DNA from: Clostridia bacterium
Lineage (GTDB): Bacteria; Bacillota; Clostridia; Oscillospirales; CAG-272
DNA: 32,157 bases
NCBI GenBank assembly: GCA_024404655.1
Contig: JAKSPR010000001.1
Coordinates: 1-32,157, forward strand
Direction of reading: 5' to 3'
The notes under the pieces are model-generated. The model ran no database searches, was not told the DNA's origin, and saw only the letters and a program-made list of their open reading frames with translations. This document shows positions 17,548-26,026 of this stretch, one piece after another; the stretch's first letter is position 1, and the number at the start of each line of letters is the position of its first letter. The translations under genes were made by a program, and so were the position numbers.

Positions 17548-18507
17548 ATGAAGCACAATTTCGATTTTGACACGATTCTTGCCCACATTCGCAGCGATGC
17601 ACGGAAAGCGCTGATTCTGGATACGGATACCTATAACGAAGTGGACGATCAGTTTGCCGTCGCCTATGCTGCGCTGGCGGAGGATATCGACCTGCGCGCC
17701 CTGACGGCTGCACCATTTTATAATGATCGGTCTTCCTCACCTGAGGATGGTATGGAAAAGAGCTATGAAGAACTGCTTCGTGTGCGCAGCCTGCTTGGGG
17801 ATGACTGTCGGACACCGATCTGCCGCGGCTCCCGCGGATATCTCACTTCAATGACAGTACCGCAGAAAAGTGAGGCAGCGGACACCATTGTCAGACTGGC
17901 AAAAGAATCGGAGGACATTTTATACGTTGCCTGTATCGGATGTTTCACCAATGTGGCTTCTGCTCTGCTCCTTGACCCGTCGATTACGGAAAAGATCATT
18001 GTGCTTCTTGTGGGAGGCAATGATTTCCGTCATGAGAGCGCAAATGAATTCAATCTGGAGCAGGACCGCCTTGCTGCCCGAGTGATCTTTGAGTCCGGCG
18101 TACCGGTGATCCTTCTGCCCGCCTATGACGGGACCTGTGAACTGCGAACGACCACAGGTGAGGTCGCCTATTTCCTCGGGGACGGAAAAGCCGGAGCAAT
18201 CGGAGAGTATCTTGTTTCCCTTTTTGAAACCAACGAGGGGAAAGCAGTCGGGGAAGACGGGGTCTGCTGCTCTCATCAGCGTGTGATCTGGGATATTGCG
18301 GCGGTAGCTTTTCTGCGGGGACCGGACCGGTTCTGCCATGTATTCTCTGCAGATAGCCGTACAGTGGATGCACGCGGTTACTGGACTCCACTGGACAACG
18401 GCCGCCGGATGCTCTCAACGGAACATTTCAACCGCAATGAAATTTTCTCCGATCTGTTTACGGTTCTGGAAAAGAACTGTGCGCAGAAAAGCAGAATAAA
18501 CCGATAA
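17548..18507 (+). CDS. Nucleoside hydrolase (IUNH) family-like protein with a non-canonical Asp cluster
   Basis: 319 aa from the ATG at 17548. The N-terminal 'LILDTDTYNEVDDQFAVAYA' resembles the DxDxxxDD fingerprint but has five rather than three residues before the DD. Confidence 0.78.
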   Translation: MKHNFDFDTILAHIRSDARKALILDTDTYNEVDDQFAVAYAALAEDIDLRALTAAPFYNDRSSSPEDGMEKSYEELLRVRSLLGDDCRTPICRGSRGYLTSMTVPQKSEAADTIVRLAKESEDILYVACIGCFTNVASALLLDPSITEKIIVLLVGGNDFRHESANEFNLEQDRLAARVIFESGVPVILLPAYDGTCELRTTTGEVAYFLGDGKAGAIGEYLVSLFETNEGKAVGEDGVCCSHQRVIWDIAAVAFLRGPDRFCHVFSADSRTVDARGYWTPLDNGRRMLSTEHFNRNEIFSDLFTVLEKNCAQKSRINR

Positions 18508-18526
18508 GAAACGGGAGGACGATATC

Positions 18527-20332
18527 ATGATTCAGATTCAGGCTGACAGAACAGCCATTACCGTATCTGATGGCAGCCGCATTCTGCGTACTGCGCCGTG
18601 GGACTGCCGCATCATACTCCCGGATGGCAGGGTATCACGTTTTTCCGACGCCGTCTGCGCATCCGAGCCGCTGAAAAACGGAATCGGTGCCGGCGTAAAA
18701 CAACGCTGGAGCGGGTTTCCGGAAATTCCTGCGCTGGAGCTGGAATGCCGTATTTATGCGGAAAATGCGACAGGGGACATTATTTTTGAACTCATCCCCA
18801 TACACGATGCGGAAATCGAAGAAATTCTCTGGCCCGCACCGTTTGAAAATCCGAAGGCGGACGCCTATACCGTGCTTCCTCTGATGCAGGGTGCACTTGT
18901 GCCGAACTATACCAAGCAGACTTTCCCGGATGCGTGGGATATCATCCCCGGCTATACGGAGTACCGGCACAGTTGCTCCCGCTCCATGTATATGTCATTC
19001 TTCGGACAGTATGATGGAGAAGGCGGCTCGATGACGATTCTGGAAACCCGCTATGACGCGGCGATGACCGTGCAGAGCGGAGAAGGACAACCTGTTCTCT
19101 GTGCTGCCCGCTGGAGAGAATCGCTGGGAATGATCCGTTATCCCCGCCGTCTGCGGGTCAAGTGCTTTGCGCCTGGTGCGGATTATAACGACATGGCGCA
19201 GGCATACCGTGCTTATGTGGATGCACAGGGAGAACTGATTACCCTGAAACAGAAAGCCGCGAAGAATCCGAAGGTCAAAGAGCTGATCGGAAAACCGATC
19301 GTCCATACGCATATCTGGTATCATACCCAGCCGGACAGCGACGCTTATGACAAAGACCACCCGGAGAAGAACGACCGCAGACAGAGCTTTGATGCTGTCG
19401 GAGAAAAACTCCGCCGCTTAAAGGATCATGGACTTATGGATGCCGTTGTTCATCTGGACGGATGGGGACGGCGCGGATATGACAATCAGCACCCGGATTA
19501 TCTGCCCCCGGCGGAGGATCTCGGCGGATGGGACGGCATGAAGCGTCTTGCCAATACCTGCCATAAGCTGGGCTATTTCTTCGGTACCCACGACCAGTAC
19601 CGCGATTATTTCTATGACGCAGATACCTTTGATGAATCCTATGCCGTACATAACCGGGACGGCGGGGTGTCCTCCCATGCGATCTGGATGGGCGGAAAGC
19701 AGACATTCCTCTGTGCGACACAGGCACCCTATTATGTCAGACGGAATTTCGGTGAAATCAAAGCCCACGACATTCATCTTGACAATACGTATCTTGACGT
19801 TTTCTCCTGTGTGGAACTGGACGAGTGTTATTCTCCCGAACATCCCATGACACGGGAGCAGTGCGCGGAGTACCGGATGAAATGTTTTGATCTGGTTTCA
19901 TCGGACGGAATCCTTGTGCAGTCCGAGGAAGGCATTGACTGGGCGTTTCCGGGTCTGATCTTTGTCCATCATGCGCCCTTTGCGCCGAGCAACTGTCCCG
20001 GTCCCGAAAAATCCGCAGGTATTCCGATTCCGCTTTTGGAAATGGTCTATCACGATTGTCTCATTACCCCCTATACGCCCTCCGGAGACAATCTCCTGTT
20101 CGGCTGGCTGACAGGCGGTGCAACCTATATCGACGAAGATGCGGATGCAGAGACCATTGCAGAATGTAATGCCCGCACGGCATGGCAGAAGCAGGTTCAG
20201 ATGCGGAAGATTATTCATCATGAATTGATCGACGGCAATCCCTGCCGTCAGAAAGTCAGCTTCGAGGGCGGATTTACCGCAGAAATTGACCTTGATCATC
20301 AGTGCTGGACGGTATCCGGACCGAGAAAATAA
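18527..20332 (+). CDS. Uncharacterised 601-aa cytoplasmic protein, possibly a glycoside-hydrolase-like (beta/alpha)8 enzyme
   Basis: Strong RBS GGGAGGA 7 nt upstream and no signal peptide. I recognise no family signature. The central 'VVHLDGWGRRGYDNQHPDYLPP...GGWDGMKRL...GYFFGTHDQYRDY' resembles the barrel-strand pattern of TIM-barrel glycosidases. Confidence 0.75.
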   Translation: MIQIQADRTAITVSDGSRILRTAPWDCRIILPDGRVSRFSDAVCASEPLKNGIGAGVKQRWSGFPEIPALELECRIYAENATGDIIFELIPIHDAEIEEILWPAPFENPKADAYTVLPLMQGALVPNYTKQTFPDAWDIIPGYTEYRHSCSRSMYMSFFGQYDGEGGSMTILETRYDAAMTVQSGEGQPVLCAARWRESLGMIRYPRRLRVKCFAPGADYNDMAQAYRAYVDAQGELITLKQKAAKNPKVKELIGKPIVHTHIWYHTQPDSDAYDKDHPEKNDRRQSFDAVGEKLRRLKDHGLMDAVVHLDGWGRRGYDNQHPDYLPPAEDLGGWDGMKRLANTCHKLGYFFGTHDQYRDYFYDADTFDESYAVHNRDGGVSSHAIWMGGKQTFLCATQAPYYVRRNFGEIKAHDIHLDNTYLDVFSCVELDECYSPEHPMTREQCAEYRMKCFDLVSSDGILVQSEEGIDWAFPGLIFVHHAPFAPSNCPGPEKSAGIPIPLLEMVYHDCLITPYTPSGDNLLFGWLTGGATYIDEDADAETIAECNARTAWQKQVQMRKIIHHELIDGNPCRQKVSFEGGFTAEIDLDHQCWTVSGPRK

Positions 20333-20342
20333 ACAGAATACA

Positions 20343-20385
20343 AAAAGATGCTGCTGTGAATCGGGTCACAGCAGCATTTCTGTTT
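20343..20385. terminator. Bidirectional intrinsic terminator
   Basis: Perfect 12-bp stem ATGCTGCTGTGA (20348-20359) / TCACAGCAGCAT (20366-20377). TTCTGTTT follows on + and CTTTTTGTATTC on -. Confidence 0.82.
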
Positions 20386-20392
20386 GGAGATA

Positions 20393-21466
20393 TTATTTCA
20401 AACCAAGCTCTTCCAGCGCACAGGGATAGACCTCCCCGCGGCCCTGATTCGGGGCATTCAGGACATGCTCGGCAAAGAAGACGGTGACAGCATGGGTTCT
20501 GTCTATGGCGAGATAGGAATTTGCGGCACCGTCCCAGCCGAAATCAACAGGACTGTCGGGACCTGCTCCGGGTCCGGGGCAGCGGACTCCGAGACCGTAG
20601 CCGTAAACCGGATTGTACCAATAGGATTTGATCTGACTGTCCGTGAGTTTGTTTTCCGCCATCAGGTCCGTGGTTTCCCGGCTTATAAGAATATCTCCTT
20701 TGCGCATGGCTTCAAGAAACAGGATGTAGTCGGAAACGGAGGAAATACATCCCGCGCCGCCGCTCTCATATTCTGTGCCCAGCTTATAGCCCTGAATCTG
20801 TTTGCCACAGTTGACAAAAGATTTATTCTCATGATCGTAGCGGTATTGTTCGGCGAGGGTATCAAGCTCTGTATCGGGCAGAGAAAAGGTAGATTCCTTC
20901 ATGCCGACGGGATCAAAAATATGGCGCTTTACATAGGTTCCGAACCGCTCACCGCTGATGACTTCCACAAGGGCTGCTAAAACGTCATGACAGAGACTGT
21001 AGTTCCAATGTTCACCCGGTTCAAAGCAAAGGGGTTCTTTTGCAAGATAACGCATGGTTTCCCGTGTGGGACAGCGTCCGGCGGTTTCCTCTCTTGCTTT
21101 GCGGAGGGCGGGGGACCAGAGATCATAGGAAAATCCTGCGGTCATCGTGAAAAGATCCCTGATGCGGATGGGATGCTCTGCCCGCCGCACATCATCCCCG
21201 GCACCCACTGTCATATCTCCGAACTCCGGCATATAGTCGGCCAGAGCATCGTCGAGGCGGTAAAGTCCTTTTTCATAAAGCTGCAGAGCGGCAGTACAGG
21301 TGATGGGCTTGGAGCAGGAATAAATATTATAGCGAAAAGGCGCGTTTTCGGCATCTCCGAAACGGCGGCGATAGACGATATCTCCCTGGTATGCGACAGT
21401 ACAGTCACAGCCGGGGACACCGATTCCGATATAGCTTTCCAGAATGGAAGTCAGTTTTTCAAACAT
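20393..21466 (-). CDS. Serine hydrolase, beta-lactamase (class C / esterase EstB-like) family
   Basis: 357 aa from the ATG at 21466, with AGGAG 9 nt upstream. SxxK motif in 'YSCSKPIT' and a 'WNYS' Tyr motif. No signal peptide. Confidence 0.87.
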   Translation of the reverse strand: MFEKLTSILESYIGIGVPGCDCTVAYQGDIVYRRRFGDAENAPFRYNIYSCSKPITCTAALQLYEKGLYRLDDALADYMPEFGDMTVGAGDDVRRAEHPIRIRDLFTMTAGFSYDLWSPALRKAREETAGRCPTRETMRYLAKEPLCFEPGEHWNYSLCHDVLAALVEVISGERFGTYVKRHIFDPVGMKESTFSLPDTELDTLAEQYRYDHENKSFVNCGKQIQGYKLGTEYESGGAGCISSVSDYILFLEAMRKGDILISRETTDLMAENKLTDSQIKSYWYNPVYGYGLGVRCPGPGAGPDSPVDFGWDGAANSYLAIDRTHAVTVFFAEHVLNAPNQGRGEVYPCALEELGLK

Positions 21467-21506
21467 ATCCGATTTCTCCTTTTGGTTAGATAATCCGTAA
21501 TTTATC

Positions 21507-23108
21507 TTAGAAGCCACAGTTGCTCACGAGTGTCTTCCAGTCGGAATTCCAGAAACTCTCCTCATTTGCATAAGGGGAAAGATCCGGACGGACAGTTTCA
21601 TTTTCAAGTTCGGCAACGGGGGTTCCCATGGTGAGATATTCGTTCAGTTTTCTTGCAAGATAAGCAAACCGCACGCGCTGGGCACCAAGGAAGATCTGGT
21701 CGATTTCCAATCCGTAAGGCATATTGTCGCAAAGCCATGTATCCTCATAGACAGGAATGTAGTCGTCAAGTGCCTGCTGCAAAGCGGAAAGCTGTCCGGC
21801 ACAGTCGGCAAGAGCTACTGTATCGTGCTCTTTATACGCCCTTCGCAGTCTGACACCGAGGGTGGATTTGAGTGACAGGACAATCGCGAATTTCTCCGCG
21901 CAGCGGAACAGATGTGAATAAGCGCCGCCCGCACCGGAATCAGCGATGCTTCTGTAATGTTCCGATAGTTTCTGATATGCTTCCGGTGTCTTTGGATTCA
22001 GCATCAGATCCCAGCCGCCGTTTGCGATGTCGGTCAGAAAGATCCAGAAAGAACGGTTTCCGTGCCAATCCGCGGGGCGGTTGTCAAAAATGTCATCGAG
22101 ATTGTCAAGGGACAGAAGCGCATCATAGTCGCCGCCTGTCAGGTGAGAAAAGCGTTCCTTGTCCGGTGTGCCGACGCCGTTCCATGTGCCGCGGGCATAT
22201 TCTGCGGCGGCATAAAGCGCGGGGAGCACGGAATAATTATTGACCCAAGCACCGTTATCCGACCACAGCGTCACCATGAAGGAATCCAGTCCTTTTTCCG
22301 CGGCAATCTTCATCTGCGGGATCAGACGGGCTAAACTGAATGTGTTCAGAGATGTCATGGAGCCGCACTTGAAGGCAGTTCCCGCATAAGCGACTTTGTC
22401 GGCATAGTGCTTCATATCGTCCAGCTTTTTTTGCAGGGCGATTTCGTCCTTTTCCCAATAGTCCCAGTACCAGACTGTGACATCGTCCGGAAGCGCCGCA
22501 CGGACGTCACGGGATGTCACATGGGTATTGTCGGTCTCGACCAGCATATCATGCCAGATTTCACAGGTATAGCCGAAACTTTCTGCAATTTTCAGAACCT
22601 GTTTCAGATGGCGGAGCAGAATTTCCTTTTTGTCGGCAGGGCCGTGTTTTTTCAGATAATTTCCGGTACCCAGACCCCAGCATTCATCGAAACCGATGTG
22701 GATGCGCCGGGAAGACAGTCCCTCGGAAATAGCGGAAAACATGTGTTTAATCAGCGTGTAGACCCGTTCATCATCTGCTAAGAGGATGTTTTTCGTATCC
22801 ATCATATCCCGGTAGGACTCATGCCGCTCCAGAAAGTCAAGATGGCCGAGGGTCTGGATATTGGCGATCAATTCGATGCCGCAGGAGTGGGCGTGCGCGT
22901 CCATGTCCTTGAGTTCCTCTGTCGTATATCCGCCCCGTTTGTAATTGAAATAGGGTTCTTCCTTGATCTTATAAGCATCGGTAAGTCCGAGATACAGTTC
23001 CGTATATCCCATTCCGGAAAGCATTGTCAGAAACCGCTTGACGGTCTCCGGTGTCGGTGTTGACCCGGTGGAACATTCGATCAGCGCGGATAGATGTTTG
23101 AATTTCAT
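21507..23108 (-). CDS. Glycoside hydrolase family 20 (beta-N-acetylhexosaminidase-like)
   Basis: 533 aa from the ATG at 23108. The TIM barrel starts with 'LSGMGYTELYLGLTDAY', and the catalytic pair lies in 'RIHIGFDECWGLG' (HxGxDE). No signal peptide. Confidence 0.83.
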   Translation of the reverse strand: MKFKHLSALIECSTGSTPTPETVKRFLTMLSGMGYTELYLGLTDAYKIKEEPYFNYKRGGYTTEELKDMDAHAHSCGIELIANIQTLGHLDFLERHESYRDMMDTKNILLADDERVYTLIKHMFSAISEGLSSRRIHIGFDECWGLGTGNYLKKHGPADKKEILLRHLKQVLKIAESFGYTCEIWHDMLVETDNTHVTSRDVRAALPDDVTVWYWDYWEKDEIALQKKLDDMKHYADKVAYAGTAFKCGSMTSLNTFSLARLIPQMKIAAEKGLDSFMVTLWSDNGAWVNNYSVLPALYAAAEYARGTWNGVGTPDKERFSHLTGGDYDALLSLDNLDDIFDNRPADWHGNRSFWIFLTDIANGGWDLMLNPKTPEAYQKLSEHYRSIADSGAGGAYSHLFRCAEKFAIVLSLKSTLGVRLRRAYKEHDTVALADCAGQLSALQQALDDYIPVYEDTWLCDNMPYGLEIDQIFLGAQRVRFAYLARKLNEYLTMGTPVAELENETVRPDLSPYANEESFWNSDWKTLVSNCGF

Positions 23109-23163
23109 GTCTGATCTTTCCTCTCTGTGAAACAGCATATTTTCACATTTTTCTGATGAAAAC

Positions 23164-23192
23164 AGTATAGCACACGCCGGAGGGCGTGTCAA
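23164..23192 (-). promoter_or_regulatory. Near-consensus sigma-A promoter for GH20 and the serine hydrolase
   Basis: Read on the - strand: TTGACA (23192-23187), 17-nt spacer, TGCTATACT extended -10 (hexamer 23169-23164). Confidence 0.55.
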
Positions 23193-23199
23193 GGGAAAC

Positions 23200-23240
23200 G
23201 TGAAAACAGCAGCCGCAGGTTCTGAGGCCTGCGGCTGTGT
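23200..23240 (-). terminator. Intrinsic terminator of the GH78 gene
   Basis: Stem AGCCGCAGG (23211-23219) / CCTGCGGCT (23228-23236). On the - strand it is followed by TGTTTTCAC. Confidence 0.7.
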
Positions 23241-23264
23241 ATTGCATTTCGGGGGATAAATGTA

Positions 23265-25955
23265 TTACCAGACAAATTCATAATCACCGGAACCGAGGGT
23301 GATCATCTCGCCGGTCGTGGGAACGGTAAGGACTGCAGTTGCATTGACCGGAACGGTGCAGGTATAATGAATCTTTTCGCCTTCATACGCCCATGCGCTC
23401 TTAATGAGACCGCAGACGGAATTGTAGCAGGCGGAGAGATGTCCGATGCGTGCATCCGGGGTCGGAGCCAGCGTGATTGTCTGATAACCGACAGTCTGCG
23501 GACGGACACCTGCAGCGTAGCCAAACAGCCACTCGGAGACACAGCCGTATGCGTAGTGGTTGAAGGAGTTCATGCCCACATCGCCGAAGCCGTCCTTGAT
23601 GGAGTAGGAGTTCCAGCGCTCCCAGATGGTGGTGGCACCTGCCTTGACACTGTAAAGCCAGGAGGGCATTGCATCCTGCAGAAGCAGCGTATAAGCGATA
23701 TCGTTGAGACCGCAGTCAGAGAGGGTCGGCAGCAGGATGCTGGTACCGAGGAAGCCTGTCTGCAGGCGGTTGCCGCTGTTTGCAATATTGCTTGCCAGCT
23801 GTGCTTTGACGGCTTCCACGGACTTTTCATCCGGCAGAAGTCCGAGCTTCAGAGCAAAGAGTGCTGCACACTGCTGGGACAGCTTAACGGTGCCGTCCTC
23901 ATTTACGTAAGTTTTCTCAAAATAAGCCTTCTGCTCCTCATAAACGGCTTGATAGCGGACTGCATCGTCACACTTTCCAAGTGCTTTTGCCATGTCAACC
24001 ATCAGCGCAGCATCCCATGCTTTATAGCAGACGCCGAGCATGGTCTGCAGCTCCTGATCGTTGGGCTCAAAGGACAGCCAGTCACCCCAGATATTGACGG
24101 TACCTGCCGTGCCGCGGTGACGCATGAAGCAGTTCATATAGAGCTTCATGGACGCATAGTTCTCTTTGAGAATGGTATCGTCGCCGGACATTCTCCAGAC
24201 ATAATAGGGAACAAGAATACCTGCATCGGACCAGCCGGTGCCGCCCAGTTCATTGCCGTAGCGTCCGCGGGGCGCAACACCGGGATAGGAGCCGTCAAGA
24301 CCCTGAGAATCCCGGAGGTCCTGGGTCCATTTCTCGTGGAAAGACTGGGTAGAGGTGGAATAATACTGTGCTGTGGTGGTATAAACCTGCGTATCTGCCG
24401 TCCAGCCGTAACGCTCGTCACGCTGCGGACAGTCGGTGGAGATGGAGAGGTAGTTGGAGATCATACCCCAGCGGGAGTTGGAGATCAGCTGATTGACATA
24501 AGTGTCTCCGGTTTCTACCATACCGCTGTCGTAGTTGATGCTCGTCACGACCTCACCGACGATGGAGGAGAAGTGAACATCCGCATCTGCGGTGATGGAG
24601 AGATAACGGAAGCCGTAGAAGGTATAAATCGGGCGGAATGCTTCTTCCTTGTCGGAACCGATGATATAGTTGGTTGCAGCCTGTGCACCGCGGAGATTTT
24701 CGATATAGACAGCACCTTCAGGACCGTCATTGCCGCGGGAGCGCTTGCCGTTGCCGTCGCAGAGCATTTCGCTGTGACGGATGGTAATCTTCGTGCCGGC
24801 TTTGCCCGTGACGTGGAAATATTCCCGTCCGGCGGCGTTCTGACCGAAGTCGATGACAGCGGTCTCACCTGCATGCAGGATGAAATCGGTGGAATCGTAG
24901 TTTACCACATTGTCGATCTTACCGTATTCCTTAACGGCGCGGTCTTCGCTGTCCACAGCACCGACGGCACCCTTATAGGTGTAAACCTTAACTGCTTTGC
25001 GGGTCAGGTCATAACGGCAGATGACGGAATCACCGACCATGGACTGGACGATACCTTCAAAACCGTGGGAAACGACTGCGTTTGCCCATGCGGAGTCGTC
25101 AAAACCGGGCAGCATATAAGCGCAGGAAATACGTGCGTCGTAGGTCTCGCCGCCGTAGACGGATGCGTTTACAACGGGATGCTCTGTGGAAACTTTCCAT
25201 GCGGAGCTTGTTGCGATGACCTCAGAAGTTCCGTCTTCATATTCCAGAACGAGGGCGGCCTTGAAGATGGCAAGCTCACCTGTGTGATCTGCGATCACGT
25301 CAGACCACCAGCCGGAGGTGACGGTGGCGGTGATGCAGTTGGCACCTGCTTTTACCAGCTCCGTGACGTTATAGCTGTGATAGAATTTGCGCTTGAGAAT
25401 CTCGGTGAAGCCGGGCTTCATCTCATATTCGACTTTATTGCCGTCAGCATCATAATTGAAGGGTCTGACACCGTTGATATATGCTTCGTACATACCGGCA
25501 CCGACGGTGAACAGCTTTGCTGCTTTGACCGTCTTTGCCGGGGTAAACTCATGACGGAATGCAGGAACGGATTCCGGGCTGACGCCGGGGACGCGGGGCA
25601 GGGAGAGGAAATCGGCATTGTCTAAAAGTCCGGAGTCCATAACGCCGGTGGAGAAACAGATCGTCTTTTCTGCGGTTTTGCCGTCGGAGAGGGTGGTTTT
25701 CAGGGTGACGGTATAGTCTTTTGCTGGTTTCAGTGCTTCTGCAGCATAGGTGACGTGTTTCTTATCAGTGGTAACAATGCCGCTGTCCCATACGGTTTTT
25801 CCGCAGGCACAGACAACTTTGATCTGATAGGATGTCTGCACAAGGTTCTTGTCTGCGGCCTCTGCTGCATAATTCCAGGAAAACCGGGGGTTCTGGGTAT
25901 CAATACCCACCGGAATGGTGAGCTTTTCTGCTTTCAGGCTTGCAAGTACTGCCAT
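23265..25955 (-). CDS. Alpha-L-rhamnosidase, glycoside hydrolase family 78
   Basis: 896 aa from the ATG at 25955, with AGGAG 8 nt upstream. 'GIDTQNPRFSW' N-terminus and six-hairpin catalytic block 'STDCPQRDERYGWTADTQ'. No signal peptide. Confidence 0.93.
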   Translation of the reverse strand: MAVLASLKAEKLTIPVGIDTQNPRFSWNYAAEAADKNLVQTSYQIKVVCACGKTVWDSGIVTTDKKHVTYAAEALKPAKDYTVTLKTTLSDGKTAEKTICFSTGVMDSGLLDNADFLSLPRVPGVSPESVPAFRHEFTPAKTVKAAKLFTVGAGMYEAYINGVRPFNYDADGNKVEYEMKPGFTEILKRKFYHSYNVTELVKAGANCITATVTSGWWSDVIADHTGELAIFKAALVLEYEDGTSEVIATSSAWKVSTEHPVVNASVYGGETYDARISCAYMLPGFDDSAWANAVVSHGFEGIVQSMVGDSVICRYDLTRKAVKVYTYKGAVGAVDSEDRAVKEYGKIDNVVNYDSTDFILHAGETAVIDFGQNAAGREYFHVTGKAGTKITIRHSEMLCDGNGKRSRGNDGPEGAVYIENLRGAQAATNYIIGSDKEEAFRPIYTFYGFRYLSITADADVHFSSIVGEVVTSINYDSGMVETGDTYVNQLISNSRWGMISNYLSISTDCPQRDERYGWTADTQVYTTTAQYYSTSTQSFHEKWTQDLRDSQGLDGSYPGVAPRGRYGNELGGTGWSDAGILVPYYVWRMSGDDTILKENYASMKLYMNCFMRHRGTAGTVNIWGDWLSFEPNDQELQTMLGVCYKAWDAALMVDMAKALGKCDDAVRYQAVYEEQKAYFEKTYVNEDGTVKLSQQCAALFALKLGLLPDEKSVEAVKAQLASNIANSGNRLQTGFLGTSILLPTLSDCGLNDIAYTLLLQDAMPSWLYSVKAGATTIWERWNSYSIKDGFGDVGMNSFNHYAYGCVSEWLFGYAAGVRPQTVGYQTITLAPTPDARIGHLSACYNSVCGLIKSAWAYEGEKIHYTCTVPVNATAVLTVPTTGEMITLGSGDYEFVW

Positions 25956-25988
25956 GATTGTATCTCCTTTTTCGGTTCGTAGCATTTA

Positions 25989-26026
25989 TGTAATATCTGT
26001 GCGGATATTACACATTCTGATATCAG
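25989..26026 (-). promoter_or_regulatory. Two palindromic candidate operators just downstream of the GH78 promoter
   Basis: Perfect 9-bp inverted repeat TGTAATATC (25989-25997) / GATATTACA (26004-26012), and the perfect 10-bp palindrome CTGATATCAG (26017-26026), which overlaps the -10 hexamer by 2 nt. Confidence 0.4.

Noticed and set aside
23367-25625. A 752-aa ORF on the + strand, antisense to the GH78 gene. Similar long antisense ORFs occur at 572-2074 (+), 3194-4093 (-), 4562-5791 (+), 6435-7964 (-), 13606-14613 (-), 14737-15456 (+), 16383-17285 (-) and 20384-20980 (+).
   Set aside because: Each lies opposite a gene with clear family motifs. Their translations are low-complexity (rich in Gly, Arg, Cys, His, Asp) with no recognisable domain, and none has an RBS at its start. 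Stop-poor antisense frames are expected opposite GC-rich, codon-biased genes.
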